Assembly: GCA_041750285.1 (NCBI GenBank)
Contig: JBGSZS010000018.1
Location: 288,001-352,000, forward strand
Length of the DNA stretch: 64,000 bases
Reading direction: 5' to 3'
Source: Candidatus Fermentibacteraceae bacterium
Lineage (GTDB): Bacteria > Fermentibacterota > Fermentibacteria > Fermentibacterales > JCC-6
Under the pieces are notes generated by a model. The model was not told the origin of the DNA. It ran no database searches and saw only the letters and a program-made list of their open reading frames with translations. The position numbers were made by a program, and so were the translations under genes. The stretch's first letter is position 1. The number at the start of each line of letters is the position of its first letter. Shown here in pieces: positions 57,245 to 64,000 of the stretch.

Positions 57245-57814
57245 TCATATTCCTAACTCTGGTGCTATTCTTTTCATGGCTTTCAAAGCCAGTTCAACGA
57301 AGTCATCAACACTGAAACCCGCCAGGGTACACTCCATTATGCGGGTCCTGTCAACGTTGCGGGCAAAGCCGGACTTGCCCATGCGTTTCACCACCGAGGC
57401 CGCCTCGACCGGTGCAAGCTTCCTCTCCGGATAGATCAGCGCCGTAGCGCTTATCAGACCAGTTACGGACTCAGCGGCGCTGAGAAGATAATCAAGATCC
57501 GAGGTTCTCACCGCACCGTTCAACTGACCATTGTGGGCTACAATGGCATGGACGAAGGATTCCGGCAGAATGCCTTCGAGCATCTTCCCGGCCACTACTC
57601 CGTGCTTCGAGTGATCATCACCGATGAGTTCCATGTCCACATCGTGAAGCATGCCCGCGGACTCCCATATCTCCGGCGACCCTTCGTTCAAGGCTCGGGC
57701 CAGGTCACCCATGATCGCAGCCGTGGCGAGACAGTGCCGATAAAGGCTTTCGCTTTTGACGTATTTTCTGAACAGGTCCCTGGCGTCAGCCGGGGAGATT
57801 CCAGAGTCGGCCAT
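57245..57814 (-). CDS. HDIG-domain metal-dependent hydrolase
   Basis: HCLAT, LHDVD.E, HG, AI.AHN, TGLI.A.AL, FARNVDR..I. Confidence 0.9.
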   Translation of the reverse strand: MADSGISPADARDLFRKYVKSESLYRHCLATAAIMGDLARALNEGSPEIWESAGMLHDVDMELIGDDHSKHGVVAGKMLEGILPESFVHAIVAHNGQLNGAVRTSDLDYLLSAAESVTGLISATALIYPERKLAPVEAASVVKRMGKSGFARNVDRTRIMECTLAGFSVDDFVELALKAMKRIAPELGI

Positions 57815-59324
57815 TCCAGCAACCCTCCAACCTGAGCAGGTAATCGTTCCTGCCGTCTTCGATCATGGTAAAAGCCGAGCCTAAGGCTTTGGCCAAATCT
57901 GTGGGAAGAAGCGAACGGGGTGAGCCGGATGACGCCTGGATGTCGCCGGCCAGTCCGTGTACGAACGCTGCGAGTGCGGAAGCGTCCGAAGTGGAGAGCC
58001 CCTGGGCGATGAGTCCTGCCACCAGACCTGACAGGACGTCGCCGCTGCCACCCGTTGCCATCCCGTGGTTGCCGGAAGGATTGAGTATCCTGCCACCTTC
58101 AGGAAGGAACACCTGGCTTGGCTTCCCCTTCAGCAATACGGGACATGAAGTGGCTGAAGACAGCTTTGCCGCGGCATCGAAACGTTTTGCGATCTCGGTG
58201 GTGCAGCCGGTGAGCCTCGAAAGCTCTCCCGGGTGGGGTGTGAGGACCACGTTCTGCCTTGCAGGAAGAATGTCAGCCATTCGCTTGTCCATTACATTCA
58301 GGGCGTCGGCGTCCAGAACAAGTGGAAGTCTCCACTGTTCAAGCACGTATCTCACGATCTTGGTCGTTCCGACATCGTTCCCGAGACCGGGCCCGACGAC
58401 CGCAACGGAGAAGTCTGCAGGATCAGGAAGGGATGTCACGTCGCCCGGAAGGAAATAGCTGCAGAGGGCTTCGGGAATCCTTCCGCTCACTGCTGATGCC
58501 GCAGGAAGCGGAACGCAGATCTCCACAAGACCAGCCCCGCTTCGGAGCGCTCCGAGTGCAGCCAACAGCGCCGCACCGGGCATCCGTTCCGATCCCGCCA
58601 GCAACAGCACCTTTCCGAAAACGCCCTTGTGCGCATCGGGGGGGCGCTTGGGAAGCAATGCCCTTGCCCTGGGAATGTCCATGATCTCACGAAGATGGTT
58701 CACATGCACTGGTATGCCGATATCGGCAAGGAAAAGGGCACCGGTGTGGCCACAGCCGGGAGGCAGGAAAAGACCGAGCTTCGGGGCTGCGAAGGTCAAC
58801 GTTACATCTGCCCTGAGAGCTGCGGCATCGGCTTCCCCGGTAAGGCCGTTGACTCCGGTGGGACAATCAACGGAGAGGATGGGACATCCCGCTGGAAGGA
58901 AGGTCTCCAAGGCCCCCAGGATCTGACCTCTAAGGTGTCCCGCAAAACCGGTTCCCAGGAGCGCGTCGATCAAAAGCGACGGCTTGAAGGGAGGCTCGGA
59001 GCATTCAAAGCCGCCCTTTGCACGATAGGCATCGCGATTGAGCAGGCAATCGGGAGAACAGGCCTGGTCTTCCTGGAATGCGGCGTGGACGGATACCGGG
59101 TATCCCCTCTGAAGCAGGATCCTTGCAGCCACGTAGCCGTCTCCGCCGTTGTTACCCGGCCCGGCAAGAACCATTACGGGGAGCTTTTCTCCTGCAAGCA
59201 TGCGCTCCGCAGTGTCGGCAATGGCTGCACCCGCCCTTTCCATGAGAAGGGCGCCGGGGGTTCCGTTGGCGATGGCTGTTCTGTCCAGTTCGGACATTTC
59301 CTGCGGTGTCACCCAGTATGTCAT
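57786..59324 (-). CDS. nnr: Bifunctional NAD(P)H-hydrate epimerase/dehydratase
   Basis: LMERAG, GNNGGDG, DALLGTG, HKG.FG, GPGLG, DADALN, TPHPGE, ATGGSGDVL.G. Confidence 0.95.
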   Translation of the reverse strand: MTYWVTPQEMSELDRTAIANGTPGALLMERAGAAIADTAERMLAGEKLPVMVLAGPGNNGGDGYVAARILLQRGYPVSVHAAFQEDQACSPDCLLNRDAYRAKGGFECSEPPFKPSLLIDALLGTGFAGHLRGQILGALETFLPAGCPILSVDCPTGVNGLTGEADAAALRADVTLTFAAPKLGLFLPPGCGHTGALFLADIGIPVHVNHLREIMDIPRARALLPKRPPDAHKGVFGKVLLLAGSERMPGAALLAALGALRSGAGLVEICVPLPAASAVSGRIPEALCSYFLPGDVTSLPDPADFSVAVVGPGLGNDVGTTKIVRYVLEQWRLPLVLDADALNVMDKRMADILPARQNVVLTPHPGELSRLTGCTTEIAKRFDAAAKLSSATSCPVLLKGKPSQVFLPEGGRILNPSGNHGMATGGSGDVLSGLVAGLIAQGLSTSDASALAAFVHGLAGDIQASSGSPRSLLPTDLAKALGSAFTMIEDGRNDYLLRLEGCWNGRLWNLPG

Positions 59325-59728
59325 TGCAGATCCTCCCCTGATCCACATCCTGTTTCCAGTATTGCAAATGCAACCGCAAGTGTTTCCGTGCTGTCCGCGG
59401 AAACATGGAATCGGCCCCTGCCCGCAAGTTCCGCTGCTGTTCCGTAAAGATTGACCCTGTGTCCTCCCTCAAGGATCTGGACGACCTGAATGTCCTGCCA
59501 GGAAACCCCCTGGGATATCCCGGTTCCCAGGGCCTTCGACACCGCTTCCTTCAAGGCGAAGGCCATAGCCATGTCTCTTGGGGACCCCAGATCCGGAATC
59601 TCATCGGGCCGGAACAGCTTGCTTATCAGTCTGTCGTGACATGGATCGGCAATCCGTCCGAAACGGGATACATCCACCATGTCTACGCCAGTTCTCACAA
59701 CAGCCTCCGAGTGGTCGAAGAAATCCAT
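59321..59728 (-). CDS. acpS: Holo-ACP synthase
   Basis: GVDMVDV.RF, FALKEAVSKALGTG. Confidence 0.9.
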   Translation of the reverse strand: MDFFDHSEAVVRTGVDMVDVSRFGRIADPCHDRLISKLFRPDEIPDLGSPRDMAMAFALKEAVSKALGTGISQGVSWQDIQVVQILEGGHRVNLYGTAAELAGRGRFHVSADSTETLAVAFAILETGCGSGEDLQ

Positions 59729-59759
59729 TATTTGACCATACTAACCAGAGAAGGAAATG

Positions 59760-60764
59760 TCAGCAGCACAGCCGCGTAAGCTCCTCTCCGCTCCATCGGG
59801 CAAAGGCGTTGCAGGACAGCGGAGAACATGCAGCAGGGTTGAAGTCGAGTTCAGCCAGCGCTGCTCTGCCAACCATGACTGCGTTGTCGGTGGTGTGTTC
59901 CATCGGGGGGAGCAGGAGATCGACTCCTGCACGGGCTGCTTCCGCTGCCAGGCTTTCCCTGAGAAGTGAGTTGGCGGTAACTCCGCCTGCAGCGATCACT
60001 GATACGGCACGAAGCCTTCGTGCCTGGAAAAAGAGCTTTCTGGTAAGAATTCCGCATACACGTGCCCTGAAGGAGGCGGCCATGTCCTCGGGGGAGTATC
60101 GCCCCGATTCCCAGGCGAGACGAACGGCCGTCTTCAGTCCGCTGAAACTGAACTCGGGGCTGTGTCCGGCACCGAGGGGTGACGGCAGGTCGACAGCGTC
60201 GGGATTCCCGGTCCTGGCCAGAAGGTCGAGCGCCCTGCCACCGGGATAGCCCAGATTCATGAGCTTGGCGGTCTTGTCAAAGGCCTCACCCGCAGCGTCA
60301 TCCCTTGTGCAGCCCAGCATTGTGCAAGCATTCCAGCCCGTCATGAAGAACAGGGCCGTGTGCCCACCGCTGACAAGCAGGGCCACCGCTGGAAACCTGA
60401 CCTTGTTCACCCTTGAATAATGGATGTGAATGTGGGCTGCCAGATGGTTGATTCCCAAAAAAGGTCTTTTCAAAGCCATTGCCGCCGCTTTTGTGAACGA
60501 GAGACCCACAAGGAGCGAACCCACGAGCCCCGGCCCCGCCGTGGCGGAGAAACACCCGACATCTCCCATGGATGCGCCTGCAGAGGCCAGAAGCCGGTTC
60601 ACCATGCCGGGGAGTACTTCCATATGAAGCCTGGAAGCAATCTCGGGGACCACACCACCCATCTGGGAAGGCTGGGTGAAGACCTCCTGGGCCAGTACGC
60701 GGCCTTCGGCATCCAGCAATGCCGCAGCTGAATCGTCGCAGGAGGTCTCCACCGCCAGGAGCAT
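59760..60764 (-). CDS. tsaD: tRNA N6-adenosine threonylcarbamoyltransferase
   Basis: ETSCDD, GGVVPEIASR.H, HLAAH, LVSGGHT, DDAAGEAFDK, FSFSGLKT, DNAVM. Confidence 0.97.
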   Translation of the reverse strand: MLLAVETSCDDSAAALLDAEGRVLAQEVFTQPSQMGGVVPEIASRLHMEVLPGMVNRLLASAGASMGDVGCFSATAGPGLVGSLLVGLSFTKAAAMALKRPFLGINHLAAHIHIHYSRVNKVRFPAVALLVSGGHTALFFMTGWNACTMLGCTRDDAAGEAFDKTAKLMNLGYPGGRALDLLARTGNPDAVDLPSPLGAGHSPEFSFSGLKTAVRLAWESGRYSPEDMAASFRARVCGILTRKLFFQARRLRAVSVIAAGGVTANSLLRESLAAEAARAGVDLLLPPMEHTTDNAVMVGRAALAELDFNPAACSPLSCNAFARWSGEELTRLCC

Positions 60765-60766
60765 CT

Positions 60767-61213
60767 CTACTCCTGTGGAGACACCTTGACGGTGACCTTC
60801 CCGTGAAGATCGCCGAACACCTTCACCTGGACTTCGAATTCGCCGATCTGCTTGATGTGGGTATCAAGGATGATCTGCTTCCTGTCGAACTTGAAGCCCT
60901 TCTCTTCCAGTGCCTGGGTGATCTCCCTCTCGCCGATACCGCCGTAGAGTTGGCCGGCACCGTCAGCCGTTGCGTGAAGCGTTATCACCGTGCCGTCGAG
61001 CTTCGATGCGATCTCCCTGGCCTCGGCACTGACCAGGTCCTTCTTTTCCTTGGCCTTTGCCCTGTAAGTGCTGGCCATCTTCATGGCCCCGGTCGTGCAG
61101 GCCACGGCAAGGTTTCTTGGATACAGAAAATTCCGGGCGTACCCGGGAGAGACGTTCACAACCTCCCCGGCTTCTCCGAGGGTGTCAACCGTCTTGGTCA
61201 GCAGGACCTTCAT
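60767..61213 (-). CDS. rplI: 50S ribosomal protein L9
   Basis: MKVLL...V..LG..GEVV.V.PGYARNFL.P. Confidence 0.97.
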   Translation of the reverse strand: MKVLLTKTVDTLGEAGEVVNVSPGYARNFLYPRNLAVACTTGAMKMASTYRAKAKEKKDLVSAEAREIASKLDGTVITLHATADGAGQLYGGIGEREITQALEEKGFKFDRKQIILDTHIKQIGEFEVQVKVFGDLHGKVTVKVSPQE

Positions 61214-61992
61214 TTGTCCAACCTTTCCACTTTCATGTCAATTCTTCTTCTGAAGTCAAACCAGGTGTCAAGAACACCTGTCAGGGCAACCGCCCCGAGC
61301 ATGAACGGGGTCGCCAAAAGAAGCGCGACCGTCAGGACAACAGCCATGCCTGGATAAGAGGCGGCCCATCTCAAAACAACCGCACCACCCTCGATCAGGT
61401 AGGGCAGCGCCATGAAGAGCAGCACGTTGTCGGCCATTCGGGCCGCAACCGGAGGAAGGGCGTCGGAAAAGACCCGGGCCAGGAGACAGGCTATCAGCAC
61501 CCAGGCGGTTTCCCATCTGAGCGCGAACCTGACGGAAGGGCCGAAGCAATCCCTTTTCATCACCCTCAGGAACAACACGGCCGCAATGCAGCCCAGGGAG
61601 ATCTGAACAGCTCCCATTCCCGGTGAGAGGTACTCCATCGTGGAGAAAACCTCACCTATCAGAGCCGGCTCCACACCCATGTCCGCATACAGCCGGGTGA
61701 GCGGTTCCATGTCATCCAGATGCAGGTTCATGAAAACCGGATCCGGATCTGCCGGCAGGGATGCCCCAATCACCGTGACCGCAGCTGCGAGCGCAATGGT
61801 TCTTGTCGTACCCGCCCTTTTGCGAAGGCAAAGGGCAAGCGTTGCGGAACACAGAACCGTCATGATCCCGGCCTGCGGTCCCATGAGGAAGCCCATGATT
61901 CCGGCGAAAAGAAAACCCAGGGGGATCATTACAGGCCTGTTTCCGGACATGATCCCTGCCGCAACGCCGGCCACGAGGAAGGGAACTCCCAT
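61210..61992 (-). CDS. DUF2232/YybS-like membrane protein (frame stays open upstream to the rpsR stop, so the true start may be earlier)
   Basis: Polytopic; C-terminal G.LD.WFDFRRR; conserved position between rpsR and rplI. Confidence 0.8.
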   Translation of the reverse strand: MGVPFLVAGVAAGIMSGNRPVMIPLGFLFAGIMGFLMGPQAGIMTVLCSATLALCLRKRAGTTRTIALAAAVTVIGASLPADPDPVFMNLHLDDMEPLTRLYADMGVEPALIGEVFSTMEYLSPGMGAVQISLGCIAAVLFLRVMKRDCFGPSVRFALRWETAWVLIACLLARVFSDALPPVAARMADNVLLFMALPYLIEGGAVVLRWAASYPGMAVVLTVALLLATPFMLGAVALTGVLDTWFDFRRRIDMKVERLDK

Positions 61993-62066
61993 GATGAAGG
62001 ACAGACTGCCCCACAGAAGGGCTTTCCACCTTCTTCCTCTGGCTTCCCGGAAAACGGCGGGAGTGT

Positions 62067-62318
62067 CTATCTGAAGTGCTCCCGGGTGAAGGGGGCCATC
62101 GCCAGGAAACGGGCAATCTTGATCTGCCCCGCGACCATTCTCTGGTGACGCGCGCAGTTCCCGCTGACCCTGCGGGCCACGATCTTGCCGCGGTCGGAGA
62201 CGTAGCGTTGAATGACACGCTCATTCTTGTAGCTTATCTCCACATCGGGGTTGAGACAGAAGCGGCACTTCTTCTTCCTGAGGAGCTTTATCTTTTTTCT
62301 CGGCTTCTTTGCAGCCAT
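62067..62318 (-). CDS. rpsR: 30S ribosomal protein S18 (Zn-binding form)
   Basis: KKCRFC, YK, GKI..RRVSGNCARHQR, IK.AR. Confidence 0.97.
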   Translation of the reverse strand: MAAKKPRKKIKLLRKKKCRFCLNPDVEISYKNERVIQRYVSDRGKIVARRVSGNCARHQRMVAGQIKIARFLAMAPFTREHFR

Positions 62319-62321
62319 GTT

Positions 62322-62693
62322 TCACATGCCTCCGTGTTCGATTGATTTTGTGAGGAGCTCAATCCTTCTTGCCTTGAGAACCATCCAGTGGTGCACCAGC
62401 TTGGTGTTTCTGTCCTGTTTCTGTCTTCCAGCCACCTGGGCCTCGATGAAAACAGGCTCACCCGGCTTCAGAAGTTCATCGCACCTCTCGGCCAGATCAC
62501 CCCATATCTCAACTGAAATCTCTCCCGTTGAAACATGCGCTTCTCCGGTTTCTGAATGCCCGGTCTCGGAGTTCTCGAGTACCAGAGTGATGACCGGAAC
62601 CCCGATGTAGGTTCGGGAAAGGTCGGTGCGCCTCAGTACCCTTCCCGTAAGAAGAACGAGGTTCAGCAAAGGAGGATTGGCGTCAGGCGTCAC
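62322..62693 (-). CDS. Second SSB-family OB-fold protein lacking the acidic tail (PriB-like)
   Basis: LNLVLLTGRV, VEIWGDLAE....LKPG.PVFIE, ARRIELL; similar to the adjacent ssb. Confidence 0.8.
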   Translation of the reverse strand: MTPDANPPLLNLVLLTGRVLRRTDLSRTYIGVPVITLVLENSETGHSETGEAHVSTGEISVEIWGDLAERCDELLKPGEPVFIEAQVAGRQKQDRNTKLVHHWMVLKARRIELLTKSIEHGGM

Positions 62694-62702
62694 TTGTCGT
62701 TC

Positions 62703-63146
62703 CTAGAACGGGATGTCGTCGTCGTAGACAGGTTCATCCGCCATGTCCCTCTCGGGTGGGGGGGAATCGTCCACGGGATGCACATCGGAACTCCGCTCGC
62801 CCTCTTCCCGCTCGAGGAACTGGATTCTCCGCGCGAGTATCTCGAGAACATTCCGGGTGGTTCCATCCTGCGCTTTCCAGGACCTTGTCTGAAGCTCACC
62901 CTCAAGCATCACCGGGCTTCCCTTCCTGAGCCTTTCGGCGGCGATCTCGGCGGTCTTTCGCCAGCAGACGACATCGACGTAGCAGGTCTTCTTGTGGAAT
63001 TCGTTGTCCCGTCCCTTGTAGAACTGGTTGCTTGCCACCCTGAAGTTCGTGACGTGAACTCCGTTTTCAAGGATGTTCTGTCTGGGGTCGTCGGTCAGGT
63101 TGCCGGAGATGACCACCATGTTCAGGGAAGGCATGCGGATGTTCAT
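62703..63146 (-). CDS. ssb: Single-stranded DNA-binding protein
   Basis: N.V.I.GNLTDDP, VCW...AE, LRKG..V..EG.LQTRSW, C-terminal DDDIPF. Confidence 0.96.
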   Translation of the reverse strand: MNIRMPSLNMVVISGNLTDDPRQNILENGVHVTNFRVASNQFYKGRDNEFHKKTCYVDVVCWRKTAEIAAERLRKGSPVMLEGELQTRSWKAQDGTTRNVLEILARRIQFLEREEGERSSDVHPVDDSPPPERDMADEPVYDDDIPF

Positions 63147-63472
63147 TCCTCTTCCTCCTCTTCCCCAAAGGATGCTGAAGGACCTTCGTCCCCCGTCTTC
63201 AGGGTAAGGTGGCGCAGGGACTTCTCATTGATCCTGAGCATCTTGTCCAGGGCGTCTATGGTCTGCGACGCGCCGTCCCAGCGGAAGAACGTGTAGATGC
63301 CTTCGGTCTGTTTCTTGATGGGATAGGCGAGCTGTCTGCGTCCCCAGACATCGATGCCTTTGTACTCCGAGCCGCTTGCCCTGATGATTTCGACGATCCT
63401 GCCGTTTTCGGTTTCCTGTTCCGATTCGGACAGACTGGGCGCCCAGATGACCACGGTTTCGTAACTGCGCAA
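63143..63472 (-). CDS. rpsF: 30S ribosomal protein S6
   Basis: TTG start after GGAGG; RSYETV.I, WGRRQLAYPIKK...G.Y, LRH. Confidence 0.96.
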   Translation of the reverse strand: MRSYETVVIWAPSLSESEQETENGRIVEIIRASGSEYKGIDVWGRRQLAYPIKKQTEGIYTFFRWDGASQTIDALDKMLRINEKSLRHLTLKTGDEGPSASFGEEEEEE

Positions 63473-63479
63473 GCTTGAA

Positions 63480-63527
63480 GCCTCCTTCCGGCCACAACTG
63501 GAAACAAACACCGGCCCGGAAAAAGGC
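63480..63527 (-). promoter_or_regulatory. SD-sequestering hairpin in the rpsF leader (candidate S6:S18 autoregulatory element)
   Basis: GCCUUUUUCCGG pairs with CCGGAAGGAGGC, which contains the rpsF SD. Confidence 0.55.
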
Positions 63528-63675
63528 TTGAACAATCGGATGTTCAGGTGCCACCCCCGGACCGGTGAACAACATCGTTCAGTGTTTTCACTTCGGCTCC
63601 ACCACAGGGGTGGAGCAGGCAGCAGCCCCGAGTATGCACAAAAAGAAGCAAAGGTCAAGGCCCGCTCAACTATAG

Positions 63676-63705
63676 GGAAGGGGGGCGCCGAAACGCCCCC
63701 CTTCC
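63676..63705 (-). terminator. Terminator-like hairpin
   Basis: ggaaggggggcg-ccgaaa-cgccccccttcc 12-bp stem after the stop at 63721; no clear U-tract. Confidence 0.55.
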
Positions 63706-63720
63706 AGGGAAACCTGCGTA

Positions 63721-64000
63721 CTACTTCAGAACCATCACCTGGGTTGAGACGGTTCCCGCCGGGCCTTCAAGCCTGACGAAGTAAACGCCGTTGGCAAAGC
63801 CGGATGCGTTCCAGTTCACCGAGTGGGAACCGGGGGAGAGCTCGCCGGAGTGGAGAGTGTCAACCTGGCGGCCCGCGACGTCGTAAACGGCGATGCTGGC
63901 AACGCCCGCAGAGGGCAGGTTGAAGTTCACCACAGCGGTCGTGCTTATCGGGTTGGGGCTTGCGGAAAGAGTGTATGCCGAGGCAGGAATGCCCGAGCTT
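63721..64000 (-). CDS. 3' end of a secreted protein (T9SS-type C-terminal domain), truncated by the window edge
   Basis: SPNPI..VNF.LP..VYDVAGRQV..L..G..SV.WNA....GVYFVRL....VMVLK. Confidence 0.85.
   Translation of the reverse strand, partial: SSGIPASAYTLSASPNPISTTAVVNFNLPSAGVASIAVYDVAGRQVDTLHSGELSPGSHSVNWNASGFANGVYFVRLEGPAGTVSTQVMVLK

Overview
GC-rich bacterial chromosome segment with about 60 genes and no rRNA, tRNA or CRISPR array that I can see. Several secreted proteins end in a T9SS-type C-terminal domain and others in a short 'T/S-W-x-x-I/V-K-x-x-F' tail. This points by inference to an anaerobic FCB-superphylum candidate lineage such as Ca. Fermentibacteria. Main content: (1) NtrC-type and REC-GAF-HD-GYP regulators, eno, ftsB-like, rsgA. 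(2) TPP riboswitch-thiM-thiE. (3) A divergent methionine locus: an archaeal-type sulfide-to-homocysteine arm (UPF0280/ApbE-like + DUF39) behind a sigma70 promoter, a SAM-I/IV-type riboswitch with terminator and an unannotated Met/Cys-rich 32-codon leader ORF, opposite metF and a split B12-dependent MetH. (4) Secreted or surface proteins: amidase, FG-GAP protein, C13 peptidase, beta-propellers, two paralogous lipoproteins. (5) A RAYT-like HUH transposase bracketed by 38-bp inverted repeats that overlap the stop codons of both neighbours. (6) The operon rpsF-ssb-(second tail-less ssb/PriB-like)-rpsR-DUF2232-rplI-tsaD-acpS-nnr-HD, ending in an apparently inactive rhamnose-isomerase homologue. Best novelty candidates: the short C-terminal sorting motif, the riboswitch plus leader-peptide control, the ssb/PriB-like tandem and the IR-bounded HUH element. 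All calls are from motif recognition by eye; no searches were run. Start codons were often adjusted from the ORF track using RBS or stop/start overlap.
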